Shown: positions 1 through 10,162 of the stretch, one piece after another
How positions within the stretch are numbered: the stretch's first letter is position 1
Layout: each line of letters begins with the position of its first letter
Source: a virus
Taxonomy: Duplodnaviria > Caudoviricetes
DNA: 58,515 nucleotides
Reading direction: 5' to 3' (one strand)
Virus record (IMG/VR): IMGVR_UViG_3300049783_001343
Location: 1 to 58,515 of that record
Made by a program: the position numbers and the translations under genes
Notes under the pieces: model-generated
What the model was told of the DNA's origin: nothing
Databases searched by the model: none
What the model saw: the letters and a program-made list of their open reading frames with translations, nothing else

Positions 1-19
1 TCTGTCAGAGAAGCAGCGC

Positions 20-1444
20 GTGAAGAAGATCCGCGACAATCTTATACCGTTTTGCTTGCACATGCAGCACGACTATAAGGTGGGTGCCCACCACAGGCGG
101 CTCGCGAGCCTGCTTGAGGACATTGAAGCGCGTCGAAAAGACCGCCTGTGTGTCTCCGTGGCGCCGCGGCACGGCAAGAGCCACCTTGTGTCCACGTATT
201 TTGCTGCATGGTATATAGGGCGCAACCCGACGCACCAAGTCATGCTGGTCTCCCACACCACAGACCTCGCGGTGGACTTCGGACGTAAAATCCGTAACTT
301 GATCGCGACCGACGAGTACAAAGAGATATTCCCGGACGTTCAACTCTCAACCGATAGCAAGAGTGCTGGGCGCTGGAATACCAACCACGGCGGCGGCTTT
401 TTCGGCTGCGGTGTTGGCTCGGCGCTGGCCGGTCGCGGCGCCCATATGTTGATCTGTGATGACGTACACTCTGAGCAGGACGTGTTGAATGGTAACTTCA
501 CGGTGTTCGAGAAAGCCTACGAGTGGTTCACGTTCGGCGCGCGTACGCGTCTGATGCCGTTCGGGGCAGTGGCGATAATCGGAACACGTTGGCACATGGA
601 CGATCTGATCGGGCGGGTTGTGCGCGACATGACCAAGAACGAGGGCTCGGATCAATACGAGGTGTTCGAGTTTCCTGCCATCCTGTCACACGAGGACCCG
701 ACGACCGGCGATATAACTGAAAAGGCCCTGTGGCCGGAGTTCTTTGATCTGAAGGCGCTGCTGCGCACCAAGGCCTCCATGCCGGTGTTTCAGTGGAACG
801 CCCAGTATCAGCAGCAGCCCACCTCTGAAGAAGGCGCGATCATCAAGCGGGAGTGGTGGCGTGATTGGTTGAAGGACCAGCCGCCGAACTGCGAGTATAT
901 CATCGCCTCACTGGACGCCGCAGCCGAAACGTCAAACCGTGCCGACTTCACGTCGATTACCGTGTGGGGCGTGTTCATGAACGAGGAAGAGGGCCACTAT
1001 CAGATCATCCTGCTGCATGCGATCAAGGAACGGCTAGAGTACCCCAAACTAAAGCTCCGTGCGATGGAGGTTTATAGAGAGTGGGAGCCCGACGCGTTTA
1101 TCGTCGAGAAGAAGTCCAACGGGGTGCCGCTGTACCAAGAGATGCGCCGCACCGGGTTGGCGGTCCAAGAATACACGCCGCACCGCGGCACCGGCGATAA
1201 GACCGCGCGTCTCAACAGTGTTGCTGACATACTCTCGTCAGGGCTCGTCTGGGCGCCAGACACGCGCTGGGCAGAAGAAGTCGTTGAAGAAGTGGCTGCG
1301 TTCCCGAACGGATCGAACGACGACCACGTCGACACGACGATCATGGCATTGATGCGGTTCCGCCAAGGTGGGTTTATTTCACTGCCGACAGACGAGATCG
1401 ATGAGCCCGAGTTTAAGCTGCCGATGACAGAGGGCTATTATTGA
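20..1444 (+). CDS. terL: Terminase large subunit (probably 5'-truncated; the frame is open back to the window start)
   Basis: Walker A-like APRHGKS, Walker B LICDD, GTRWH coupling motif, C-terminal RNase H-like nuclease (SLDAA...DDHVD). Confidence 0.95.
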   Translation: MKKIRDNLIPFCLHMQHDYKVGAHHRRLASLLEDIEARRKDRLCVSVAPRHGKSHLVSTYFAAWYIGRNPTHQVMLVSHTTDLAVDFGRKIRNLIATDEYKEIFPDVQLSTDSKSAGRWNTNHGGGFFGCGVGSALAGRGAHMLICDDVHSEQDVLNGNFTVFEKAYEWFTFGARTRLMPFGAVAIIGTRWHMDDLIGRVVRDMTKNEGSDQYEVFEFPAILSHEDPTTGDITEKALWPEFFDLKALLRTKASMPVFQWNAQYQQQPTSEEGAIIKREWWRDWLKDQPPNCEYIIASLDAAAETSNRADFTSITVWGVFMNEEEGHYQIILLHAIKERLEYPKLKLRAMEVYREWEPDAFIVEKKSNGVPLYQEMRRTGLAVQEYTPHRGTGDKTARLNSVADILSSGLVWAPDTRWAEEVVEEVAAFPNGSNDDHVDTTIMALMRFRQGGFISLPTDEIDEPEFKLPMTEGYY

Positions 1445-1490
1445 TGCAATCTCGTCGTTATAGTGCCACCAGACGAACACAGGAGAAGCA

Positions 1491-4001
1491 GTGATGGCCG
1501 TTACTAAACCAATGGAACCGTTCGAGATCGAGATTAGCGATAACCCCGATCTCGAAGCGATCGATGTCAAGATGCCCGACAGTGATAAGATCACGACGAT
1601 GGCGACCGAAGACGGTGAGATTATCATTGAGTTTGACGACGACATCTCGAACGATGACGCGGTAGAGCCTGAAGACCTTGAGCACGACACCAACTTTGCC
1701 GAGCTGCTGGACGAGGACGAGCTTGACGATATTGCCTCTGATCTGGTGGAGAGTTTTACCACAGACAAACTTAGCCGAAAAGAGTGGGCAAACGCCTATA
1801 TTAAAGGGCTTGACCTGCTTGGGATGAAGATCGAGGAGCGCACCATGCCTTGGCAGGGCGCCTCGGGGGTGTTCCACCCGATGCTGTCTGAAGCTGTGGT
1901 GCGGTTCCAAGCTCAGGCCATGAGCGAGATGATGCCCGCCGCGGGCCCAGCCAACACCAAGATCGTTGGCAAGATGACACGCGACAAGTTCGAGCAATCG
2001 GTGCGCGTCAAGAACGAGCTGAACTACCTCATAACAGAGGAGATGGTGGAATATCGCGATGAGATGGAGCAGATGACGTTCCAGCTGCCGCTGGCGGGGT
2101 CTGCGTTCAAGAAAGTCTACTACGATCCCGTTCTTGAGCGCCCTGTGTCGGTATTTGTGCCGGCCGAGGACTTCGTTATTGGCTATGGCGCCTCCAGCCT
2201 AGAGGCCTGCCCGCGCTATACACACGTTATGAAGAAAGACCCCAACGAAGTTCGCAAACTTCAGGTGTCAAAGTTCTATGTTGACGTGGAGCTTCCCGAA
2301 CCAACCGCTGAACCGAGCGAAATTCAGGACAAATACGACGAGATCGAGGGTAGCGAGGGCACCGTGAGTGACGACGACCGCCACACGCTGCTGGAAATGC
2401 ACGTGGATATCGATCTACCGGAGCCGTATGAGGATGCTGACGGTATTTCGCGGCCGTATGTTGTTACGATCGACCTTTCATCGAAGACCATTCTCTCAAT
2501 CCGCCGAAATTGGTACGAAGACGACGAAAAGAAGCGCAAACGCATGCACTTCACGCACTATTCCTACCTGCCCGGTTTGGGTTTCTACGGTACAGGGCTC
2601 ATTCACCTCATTGGCGGTCTCGCCAAGTCGGCCACCTCCATTATGCGCCAGCTGATCGACGCCGGTACGCTTTCCAACCTTCCCGCAGGTCTAAAAACAA
2701 AAGGTATGCGTATAAAAGGCGAAACCGGCCCACTGATGCCGGGTGAGTTCCGTGACGTTGATGTTCCAGCGGGTGCAATTCGCGACAACATCTTCCCATT
2801 GCCGTTCAAAGAGCCGTCGGGTGTTCTATATCAGCTTTTGGGCAATCTCGTGGACGAGGGGCGCCGGATCGGCTCCGTGGCGGACATTCAGGTTGGCGAC
2901 ATGAGCGCAAACGCGCCTGTTGGCACGACGCTGGCCCTGATGGAACGTTCGATGAAGGTTTTGTCTGGCGTACAGGCACGTATGCACGCCGCAATGCACA
3001 AAGAACTCCGCATTCTGTCACGTGTTATCCATGATTTCATGCCCGACGAGTATGCCTACGAGGTGGTTGGTGAGTTCAGTCGTCGCGATGACTTCAATGC
3101 CAAGACCGTGGACGTTATTCCTGTTTCAGATCCGAACGCGTCCACAATGGCGCAGCGGATCGTGCAATATCAAGCGGCTCTGCAGCTGGCCCAGCAGGCG
3201 CCACAGCTCTATGATATGGGCAAACTTCACCGCCAAATGCTCGAAGTGATGGGTATTCAGGACGCTGATCAGATCATCAAGCTACCCGAAGACATCGCGC
3301 CAAAAGATCCAGTTAGCGAAAACATGGCCATTCTAAAGCAGGAGCCCGTGAAAGCGTACCTGTATCAGGATCAAGAGGCTCACATTGCTGTCCACATGGC
3401 TGCCATGGAAGATCCCAAGCTCAAGCAGATCATCGGTCAGTCGCCGTTCGCGGCCGCCATTGGCTCCGCCATGATGGCCCACATAACAGAGCATGTCGCG
3501 TTCCAGTACCGTAAGGAGCTGGAGAAGCAGATGGGTGTACCGCTGCCGCCTGAAGACGAGCCGATGCCGGAAGACGTGGAAGTTCAGCTGTCACAGGTCA
3601 CTGCAATGGCTGCCGCCAAGCTGCTACAAGCCAACAAGGCCGAGGCTGCACAGAAGAGCGCGCAAGAAGAGGCTCAGAACCCGCTGACCCAGATCCAGAT
3701 GAAAGAGCTGGAGATCAAGGACCGTGCCCAGTCGCTCAAGGAAGAGATCGCCAAGCACGAGATGGCGCTCGAAAAGGCTCAGCTGGAGCTGGACATGGCC
3801 CACAAGGCTGCCAACATCGAAGTGCAACGTGAGCGCACCGAGGCCGAGAACGAGAGAGAGGGCGCGCGTGTGGGCGTCAGACTTGCCACTCAGATCGCAG
3901 GCGACAACAGCGCCGAGAAACGTGAGGCCATAAAGGCGGGCACTACGCTGGTTCAAACGGCGGCAAAGGGTCTGACCGACTCTGGAAAAAAGGGTGAATG
4001 A
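1491..4001 (+). CDS. Portal protein (P22-like, long helical C-terminal barrel)
   Basis: Follows terL; 836 aa; GSAFKKVYYD and GFYGTGLIH motifs; coiled-coil C-terminus; AGGAG RBS. Confidence 0.88.
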   Translation: MMAVTKPMEPFEIEISDNPDLEAIDVKMPDSDKITTMATEDGEIIIEFDDDISNDDAVEPEDLEHDTNFAELLDEDELDDIASDLVESFTTDKLSRKEWANAYIKGLDLLGMKIEERTMPWQGASGVFHPMLSEAVVRFQAQAMSEMMPAAGPANTKIVGKMTRDKFEQSVRVKNELNYLITEEMVEYRDEMEQMTFQLPLAGSAFKKVYYDPVLERPVSVFVPAEDFVIGYGASSLEACPRYTHVMKKDPNEVRKLQVSKFYVDVELPEPTAEPSEIQDKYDEIEGSEGTVSDDDRHTLLEMHVDIDLPEPYEDADGISRPYVVTIDLSSKTILSIRRNWYEDDEKKRKRMHFTHYSYLPGLGFYGTGLIHLIGGLAKSATSIMRQLIDAGTLSNLPAGLKTKGMRIKGETGPLMPGEFRDVDVPAGAIRDNIFPLPFKEPSGVLYQLLGNLVDEGRRIGSVADIQVGDMSANAPVGTTLALMERSMKVLSGVQARMHAAMHKELRILSRVIHDFMPDEYAYEVVGEFSRRDDFNAKTVDVIPVSDPNASTMAQRIVQYQAALQLAQQAPQLYDMGKLHRQMLEVMGIQDADQIIKLPEDIAPKDPVSENMAILKQEPVKAYLYQDQEAHIAVHMAAMEDPKLKQIIGQSPFAAAIGSAMMAHITEHVAFQYRKELEKQMGVPLPPEDEPMPEDVEVQLSQVTAMAAAKLLQANKAEAAQKSAQEEAQNPLTQIQMKELEIKDRAQSLKEEIAKHEMALEKAQLELDMAHKAANIEVQRERTEAENEREGARVGVRLATQIAGDNSAEKREAIKAGTTLVQTAAKGLTDSGKKGE

Positions 4002-4189
4002 TGGACGAAACTGTATTTGGCATTCTGCATCGCAGGATTAAGGAGCGTAAAGAGCCTTTGGAACAGTTCCTTCTTAGCGGGGGCGTTAAAAACTTTGAGG
4101 ACTATCTCAAAGTGTCGTCACGGTATAAAGAGCTGTGTGCTGTTGAAGAGGACATAAAAACGCTGGAAGAACGCTTCATAGATCAATAG
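3998..4189 (+). CDS. Hypothetical protein
   Basis: ATGA overlap with the portal stop; 63-aa helical ORF. Confidence 0.7.
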   Translation: MMDETVFGILHRRIKERKEPLEQFLLSGGVKNFEDYLKVSSRYKELCAVEEDIKTLEERFIDQ

Positions 4190-4255
4190 GGTGACACACA
4201 ATCGCGGATACTCCGCGCACGGTTACGGTGGACCGAGATCACTGCAGAGGTAGAC

Positions 4256-4624
4256 ATGTACACAGACAACAAAACCGAGGACACTGTTCTCAAAGCCAAA
4301 CTCCCTGTGCCGGTTGGGTATAAAATCCTCATCACCATACCCGAGATCGATGAAAAGACCGAAGGTGGCCTCATCAGACCCGGTAGCATGGTGGATGCCG
4401 AAGAGGTCGCATCTATCATAGGGTTCGTGATGCAGGTGGGCGAGTCCGCCTATTCTGACAAAGATCGTTTCCCCGGCGGGCCATGGTGCAAAGAGGGGGA
4501 TTTCGTAATTTTCCGTTCTTATTCAGGAACCCGCTTCAAAGTGATGGGGAAAGAGTTCCGCATCATCAATGACGACACTGTCGAAGCCGTTGTGGAGGAC
4601 CCTCGCGGGTATAGCAGAGCATGA
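4256..4624 (+). CDS. groES: Co-chaperonin GroES/Cpn10-like protein
   Basis: PVGYKILI, EKTEGGLI mobile loop, KEGDFVIF..YSGT..K..GKEFRIINDD.V.AVV pattern. Confidence 0.9.
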   Translation: MYTDNKTEDTVLKAKLPVPVGYKILITIPEIDEKTEGGLIRPGSMVDAEEVASIIGFVMQVGESAYSDKDRFPGGPWCKEGDFVIFRSYSGTRFKVMGKEFRIINDDTVEAVVEDPRGYSRA

Positions 4625-5556
4625 ACAAATTAGCTGAAGAAGATTTTGATGTCGAGGACGCCGATGGCGCAGACGACGAGTTTGAAATTGAAATTGAGGA
4701 TGACACGCCGGAGGCTGACCGCGGCAAACCGCCTCGCGCAGAAGGCGCCAAGCCGGATATTCCCGAGGACGACGAGCTTGAAGGCTACAGCGAAAGCGTA
4801 AAAAAGCGCATTAGCAAGCTGAAGTACGAGTTCCACGAGGAACGACGTGGTCGTGAGAACGCCGAGCGCATGCGCGAAGAGGCTGTCAAGTACGCGACAA
4901 CAACCAAGACCGAGATGGATGGTATGCGAAAGCGCCTGACAGACGGTCAAGGTGCTGTCGTATCGCAGGCCAAAGCCCGCGTTGAGACTCAGCTTGAGTC
5001 AGCGAAAGCTAACTACAAGAAGGCATACGAGGCGGGCGACGCCGATGCCATGCTTGAAGCACAGACAAGCCTTAACGATCTACAAGGCGAGATGCGCCAG
5101 CTGAGCAACTACAGAGCTCAGCCGGAGCCCGAGGCCCGTCCAGCGCCGTCTGCACCTGCTGCTGCCCAGCCGGTCGCAAAACCTCCCAAGGAGGCGCTGG
5201 ACTGGGCCGAGGCTAACCCTTGGTTCCAGACGGATACCGAGATGACCGGATATGCTTTCGGTGTTCATGAGCGGCTTGTAAAGAGCGGTGTTGATCCGAA
5301 CAGTGAAAGCTACTACACTGAGTTGGACGCTTCCATGCGGAAGCGCTTCTCTGATAAGTTCGACGAACCTAGAGTCGAAGTTGAAGTGAAGACACCAGCA
5401 CGTAACGCAGGTTCCGTGGTTGCCCCGACGACTCGCTCGTCGAAAACACCGCGCAAGATCGTTCTGACCAAGTCTGCGGTGGCTCTCGCCAAGCGCCTCG
5501 GGCTAACTCCTCAAGAATACGCGGCGCAAATCATGAAGGATATGAAGAATGACTGA
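4621..5556 (+). CDS. Putative capsid scaffolding protein
   Basis: Acidic N-terminus, coiled coil, C-terminal AKRLGLTPQEYA; lies upstream of the capsid genes. Confidence 0.6.
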   Translation: MNKLAEEDFDVEDADGADDEFEIEIEDDTPEADRGKPPRAEGAKPDIPEDDELEGYSESVKKRISKLKYEFHEERRGRENAERMREEAVKYATTTKTEMDGMRKRLTDGQGAVVSQAKARVETQLESAKANYKKAYEAGDADAMLEAQTSLNDLQGEMRQLSNYRAQPEPEARPAPSAPAAAQPVAKPPKEALDWAEANPWFQTDTEMTGYAFGVHERLVKSGVDPNSESYYTELDASMRKRFSDKFDEPRVEVEVKTPARNAGSVVAPTTRSSKTPRKIVLTKSAVALAKRLGLTPQEYAAQIMKDMKND

Positions 5557-5998
5557 AGATCGTACGCCACGCACACAAGAGACGCGCGAAAAAACTGAGC
5601 GCAAATCAACGTGGAAGCGTCAGTCACTCCTTCCAACTCCCGACCCCCGAAACGGTGTTAAGTTTCGTTGGGTTCGCACAGGATCGTTGGGTAACGCCGA
5701 TAACATGAACGTCTCCAAGCGCTTTCGCGAAGGGTACGTGCCTGTCAAAGCCACTGAACATCCTGAGTTAATGGTTATTTCCGATCAGGGCTCGCGCTTC
5801 AAAGGGAATATCGAAATCGGGGGGCTCATCCTATGCAGCATCTCGCAAGAAATTGCAGACGATCGCACTGAAGGTCAACTCATGGAAGCCAAGGCTCAAA
5901 TGGAAGCAGTTGATAACAACTATTTGCGCACGTCTGACTCCCGTATGCCGGTTCTCAACCCGGAGCGCACCAGCCGAACAACCAATTTTGGCAAGTAA
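5549..5998 (+). CDS. Hypothetical head-module protein
   Basis: Overlaps the upstream gene; 149 aa; FRWVR and IGGLIL motifs typical of this gene position. Confidence 0.7.
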   Translation: MTEDRTPRTQETREKTERKSTWKRQSLLPTPDPRNGVKFRWVRTGSLGNADNMNVSKRFREGYVPVKATEHPELMVISDQGSRFKGNIEIGGLILCSISQEIADDRTEGQLMEAKAQMEAVDNNYLRTSDSRMPVLNPERTSRTTNFGK

Positions 5999-6035
5999 TG
6001 CTTGCCACCCTGAAACCTATTCTTAGGAGAGAGAC

Positions 6036-6698
6036 ATGGCCAAAGTAGCCACTCCCTACGGCACCCGTGCAATCCAAGCGATTGGCGGACGTCCGTTCAG
6101 CGGTGGGACCATCCGTGAGTATAAAGTCGCAGCTAACAACACAGCTGCTATTTTTAACGGTGATCTCGTCGTTCTTAGCAGCGCAGGCCTCCCCTCCGCT
6201 GTCGCAACCTCACCTGTCGGCCAAATTCTTGCCGCCACGTCTGTCGTCCCTACTGCAGGCATCGTTGGTGTTTGTGTCGGTGCGAACTACGTGTCGTCCG
6301 AGGGTCAGCCGGTTATCAATCAGTACCTCCCTGCAAACGTCATCACTGGCGGCGGCTCTGAGGTTTTTGTGATGGTTATGGATGACCCTGCGGTTCTGTT
6401 CCAAGTTAAAGGAACTGAAGCATTGGGGACGTTCAACTCTGGCACAGACGGCTCTGGTTGGCCGGGTGTTATCGGAAAGAACGCCACATTGGGCTATGCC
6501 ACAGCTGGCAATGCCACAACCGGCAACTCGGGTGTAAACCTGATTGTTGGAACCAATGGCGCCGGTATCGTTGCAACAGCCAATCGCGCGGTTCGCATCG
6601 TCGACATCGTCAAGGGTACGGAAGACGATCTGTATCCAGAGTTCATCGTCAAGCTCAATGTCGGGGTACATTCCTACGACAACGCGCTTGGTGTATAA
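6036..6698 (+). CDS. Putative capsid decoration/minor head protein
   Basis: AGGAG RBS; G/A/T/V-rich beta protein directly upstream of the major capsid gene. Confidence 0.6.
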   Translation: MAKVATPYGTRAIQAIGGRPFSGGTIREYKVAANNTAAIFNGDLVVLSSAGLPSAVATSPVGQILAATSVVPTAGIVGVCVGANYVSSEGQPVINQYLPANVITGGGSEVFVMVMDDPAVLFQVKGTEALGTFNSGTDGSGWPGVIGKNATLGYATAGNATTGNSGVNLIVGTNGAGIVATANRAVRIVDIVKGTEDDLYPEFIVKLNVGVHSYDNALGV

Positions 6699-6711
6699 GG
6701 AGGGTCAGTAA

Positions 6712-7620
6712 ATGGCTACCATTTCACGCGCACAGGCCATCAAGGAACTCGTTCCCGGTCTAAACGCACTGTTCGGACTTGAGTACGCCAAGTACGAAGG
6801 CGAGCATGCGGAAATCTACGACACGGAAACCTCAGAGCGTAGCTTTGAAGAAGAAGTGAAGCTGTCGGGCTTCGGCGCGGCACCTGTAAAGTCCGAAGGG
6901 GCGTCCATTTCGTATGACACGGCTCAGGAAGCCTTCGCAGCTCGTTACAATCACGAGACTGTGGCCATGGGTTTCTCGATCACCGAAGAAGCGATGGAAG
7001 ACAACCTGTACGACTCTTTGTCTGCTCGTTATACCAAGGCGCTTGCGCGTGCCATGGCGTTCACCAAACAGGTGAAAGCTGCGGCACTGCTGAACCAAGG
7101 TTTCACCACGTTCAAGTCGGGCGATGGTGTGAGTTTGTTCAACACGGCACACCCCACGGTTTCGGGCAGTACCAACACCAACCGTCCCACCACGGATGCT
7201 GACCTGAACGAGACCTCTCTCGAACAGGCGATCATCGACATTGCTGCTTTTGTCGATGAACGTGGTCTGTTGATCGCGGCACGTGTTCGCAAGTTGATTG
7301 TCCCCCCTGCCTTGATGTTTGTGGCGACACGCCTTCTGCAAACAGAGTTGCGGGTTGGTACAGCCGACAATGACACCAACGCTTTGAAAGTGATGGGTGC
7401 CATTCCTGAAGGGTACGCTGTGAACCATTATCTGACCGATAATGACGCATGGTTCCTCAAGACGGACGTTCCGAACGGCATGAAGCACTTTGAACGTGTG
7501 GCTATGGCGACCGCGATGGAAGGCGACTTCGACAGCGGCAATGTTCGGTATAAGGCTCGTGAGCGTTATTCTTTCGGATCTTCGGACCCGTTGGGCATGT
7601 TCGCTTCGCCGGGCGCCTGA
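6712..7620 (+). CDS. Major capsid protein (HK97 fold, Mu gpT-like family)
   Basis: Strong AAGGAGG RBS, biased codons, LIVPPAL, YLTDNDAWFL and RYKARERYSFG motifs, followed by a terminator. Confidence 0.9.
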   Translation: MATISRAQAIKELVPGLNALFGLEYAKYEGEHAEIYDTETSERSFEEEVKLSGFGAAPVKSEGASISYDTAQEAFAARYNHETVAMGFSITEEAMEDNLYDSLSARYTKALARAMAFTKQVKAAALLNQGFTTFKSGDGVSLFNTAHPTVSGSTNTNRPTTDADLNETSLEQAIIDIAAFVDERGLLIAARVRKLIVPPALMFVATRLLQTELRVGTADNDTNALKVMGAIPEGYAVNHYLTDNDAWFLKTDVPNGMKHFERVAMATAMEGDFDSGNVRYKARERYSFGSSDPLGMFASPGA

Positions 7621-7646
7621 TCCTTTTAACCAAGGATGCGACGTTG

Positions 7647-7678
7647 AAAGGCCCTGCTTCGGTGGGGCCTTTTCTTTT
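7647..7678 (+). terminator. Rho-independent terminator after the major capsid gene
   Basis: AAAGGCCCTGC-TTCG-GTGGGGCCTTT hairpin with a UUCG loop, then TCTTTT. Confidence 0.9.
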
Positions 7679-7707
7679 GTCAAGACCGGTGCTAGGGTAA
7701 ACGCATT

Positions 7708-7781
7708 GCAGGACTCAGAAGCCGTGCAGACGGGCGCCTGCCCTGAACTTGCACAGACTGTACGGCCAACCCTTGTGCAAG
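7708..7781 (+). ncRNA. Candidate pseudoknotted 5' leader RNA
   Basis: Interleaved complementary segments: GCAGG(7708-12)/CCTGC(7737-41), GCCGTGCAG(7721-29)/CTGTACGGC(7758-66), CTTGCACA(7748-55)/TGTGCAAG(7774-81); the last abuts the RBS. Confidence 0.45.
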
Positions 7782-7791
7782 AGGTTTTACA

Positions 7792-8301
7792 ATGTCTAAA
7801 TCCACCTTCTCAGGCCCAATCCGTTCGGAAAGCGATTTCAAAATTGTTTCCAAAGATCCGGTAACGGGCACCATCTCCGAAGTTTCAACACTCGGCGGCC
7901 TTCCGGTTTCATTGGCAGACGGCAACGTCACCTTGACCAACGCTGACCACAGCGGCCGCGTTTTGCTAGTGCCTGATGGTACCCAAGACAACACCTACAC
8001 CCTCCCCGCACCGGTCGCCGGCGCGATGTTCACCTTCATTTATGCTGGCGGCGCAGCTGATGCGACAGACTTTATTGTCAACACAGGGGCCGACGCTAAC
8101 TTCTTCATTGGCGGTGTTTCTTTTGACAACACCGGTGACGGCGCCGTTTCTGTGGTGTTCTCGGACGGCAACTCGAACTCCAAGTTCCAAGCTAACGTTC
8201 CCGGCGCTGCTCAGGTGACGGTCATGGCTCTGAACGCAACCAATTGGCAGATCTCTGGACGTGTCGTCGCGGCCGCGGCACCTGCGTTTGCTGATCAGTA
8301 A
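7792..8301 (+). CDS. Putative virion (head fibre/decoration) protein
   Basis: GAGG RBS; N-terminal STFSGPIRS motif; beta-rich. Confidence 0.65.
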   Translation: MSKSTFSGPIRSESDFKIVSKDPVTGTISEVSTLGGLPVSLADGNVTLTNADHSGRVLLVPDGTQDNTYTLPAPVAGAMFTFIYAGGAADATDFIVNTGADANFFIGGVSFDNTGDGAVSVVFSDGNSNSKFQANVPGAAQVTVMALNATNWQISGRVVAAAAPAFADQ

Positions 8302-8315
8302 GAGGGGCGCAGGTT

Positions 8316-8591
8316 ATGTATATTTCTGATGTGCAAATGCAACGCGTTACGGGAACGGGGGCGCTCAGCGTTGGGCGTGCCCGTATTCGTGGATTTCAGG
8401 TAACAACAGGCGGGTCTGCGGGTAGACTGACCATTACGGACGGATCGGGCGGACCTGTGGTGCTTGACTTGGACTTTGCGCCGACAAGTACGACCCCGAT
8501 GGAGCTCCCCGGTGGCGGTATTCTTTGCGCCGACGGTCCTGTGGTTTCGACCATTACCGACATCACTGCGGCGACCATATACTACGCCTAA
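8316..8591 (+). CDS. Hypothetical virion protein
   Basis: 91-aa beta-rich ORF in operon context. Confidence 0.65.
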   Translation: MYISDVQMQRVTGTGALSVGRARIRGFQVTTGGSAGRLTITDGSGGPVVLDLDFAPTSTTPMELPGGGILCADGPVVSTITDITAATIYYA

Positions 8592-8624
8592 GTGGAAGAG
8601 AAACTGCACGGGGACCATGATACT

Positions 8625-8966
8625 ATGGCAGAGAGACAAAACACAGCTCAGGCGATAGGGGCGCTCACTGCTCAGATCGAGGCTATGAACAACCGGCTTG
8701 AGCGTGACCGCGAAGACCGCAGGGACGCCAATGTTGCTGCTACAATCAATCGAGAGCAGGTCAACAAAACGCTTTTGGAATTGCAACAAGGTCACAAAAA
8801 GATCGTGTCGCGTTTGGATCGTGTTGAGCCTGTCGCGGATATGGTGACGAGTTGGCGTGCTAAGTTTGCGGGTGCTATGATTGTGCTTGGGTTAGTCGGA
8901 AGTATTGCGTTCGCCGGCGTTACGTTTTTCAAGGAGAGCATCTTGCGGGTGGTATTTGGATCATAG
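8625..8966 (+). CDS. Coiled-coil protein with C-terminal TM helix (holin/antiholin-like); alternative start 8592
   Basis: Coiled coil plus hydrophobic FAGAMIVLGLVGSIAFAGVTFF, immediately upstream of the endolysin. Confidence 0.55.
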   Translation: MAERQNTAQAIGALTAQIEAMNNRLERDREDRRDANVAATINREQVNKTLLELQQGHKKIVSRLDRVEPVADMVTSWRAKFAGAMIVLGLVGSIAFAGVTFFKESILRVVFGS

Positions 8967-8985
8967 CAAAAATGGAGAAACTGAA

Positions 8986-9861
8986 ATGAAACTAATCCCA
9001 AACATACGCCGCAAGATGCGGGCCTATTCTTTCTGGGCGCTGTTGCTTGCGACCATTACTTATTTGTTTGCCGAGGTGATGGTGGCTTTTGTAGACCCAT
9101 ACCCAAGCTGGTATGACCCCTATATCGTCGGCCCCATCGTGGTGCTTTTCATGCTGTTCGGTGTCATTGGTTGGTTTGTTGATCAGGTTGCGCCGGACTT
9201 GTGGCGAACGGCTCAAGTGTTCGCGCTCACCATCTTCATCAGCGTCATCGTGTGGTTTCTCTTGGCATCCGCCTCTTGGTCAATGGACGAGGTTCAAGTG
9301 GGTACTGATCCATTGCAGCCCGTGCTGGTTGGTCAGTCTGAGCGATTACCCACATGGGACGAAACCGCGGTGCACGCAATTCCCATGATCAAGCAATGGG
9401 AAGGTAGCGGGCCGACGTTCTCCTGCACCGAAAGCGCGAGCGGTGTTTGCGTTCGGGCGTATCTGGACACGATTGCTGAACCCGATTTGTGGACGATCTG
9501 CTTTGGCGAGACGAGCCACACCGGAACGCCAGTGCGTCAGGGCGACGTTCGCACAATTGAGCGATGCACCGAAGGCTTGAGCCGGATCGCGCGGGATCAA
9601 TACTGGCGCATCTACCGAACAGGCGTGACTATCGGTTCAATCCCTGCCGAAGTTGACGCAACAGTGGGCGTTGACCTTTCTTGGAACGTCGGCGCGGGCA
9701 CAGTGCTAAAGTCGTCTTCTCTTGCTGCAATCAACCGAGGCGATTTCGCGGACGCCTGCCGCCGTTATACGTTTTTCAACAGGTCGGGCGGCCGTGTCGT
9801 GACTGGTTTGGTTAATCGTCGTGCCTTTGGCTACCGCGTCTGCATGGGTGGCGTATCATGA
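8986..9861 (+). CDS. Endolysin (GH24 phage lysozyme) with three N-terminal TM segments
   Basis: GGAG RBS before ATG 8986; WEG...AYLD...WTICFGET catalytic E/D/T, SWNVG and GLVNRR motifs. Confidence 0.88.
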   Translation: MKLIPNIRRKMRAYSFWALLLATITYLFAEVMVAFVDPYPSWYDPYIVGPIVVLFMLFGVIGWFVDQVAPDLWRTAQVFALTIFISVIVWFLLASASWSMDEVQVGTDPLQPVLVGQSERLPTWDETAVHAIPMIKQWEGSGPTFSCTESASGVCVRAYLDTIAEPDLWTICFGETSHTGTPVRQGDVRTIERCTEGLSRIARDQYWRIYRTGVTIGSIPAEVDATVGVDLSWNVGAGTVLKSSSLAAINRGDFADACRRYTFFNRSGGRVVTGLVNRRAFGYRVCMGGVS

Positions 9862-9950
9862 AAGGCGGGGGCGGGTTGTTCGTGTTTGTTGTAATTGTGG
9901 CGGCCCTTGGGTTCCTAGTGGGTTATGGCCTTGTGTCGGCGCTCACGTGA
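9858..9950 (+). CDS. 30-aa single-TM peptide (MKGGGGLFVFVVIVAALGFLVGYGLVSALT), not in the ORF track
   Basis: ATGA overlap with the endolysin stop and GTGA overlap with the next start. Confidence 0.6.
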   Translation: MKGGGGLFVFVVIVAALGFLVGYGLVSALT

Positions 9951-10162
9951 TCCGCGTCTACATTATTGCCGGGCTGTCCGTGGCCCTATGCGCCGCATTG
10001 GTGGCATTTACGGTGCAGCGAGGCGCGCTGATCCGTTCGGAGGAGGCCTTGCGTAACGCGCGGGCGTATATAGAGCAAACAGGGGATATAAGAGATGTTA
10101 AAGATAGCCTTCCCACTGATCCTGATGCTGTCCTTGATGGGCTGTCTCGGTTCATCCGATGA
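9947..10162 (+). CDS. Putative i-spanin (Rz-like)
   Basis: GTG start, N-terminal TM, then a helical segment; overlapped by a lipoprotein gene. Confidence 0.6.
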   Translation: MIRVYIIAGLSVALCAALVAFTVQRGALIRSEEALRNARAYIEQTGDIRDVKDSLPTDPDAVLDGLSRFIR

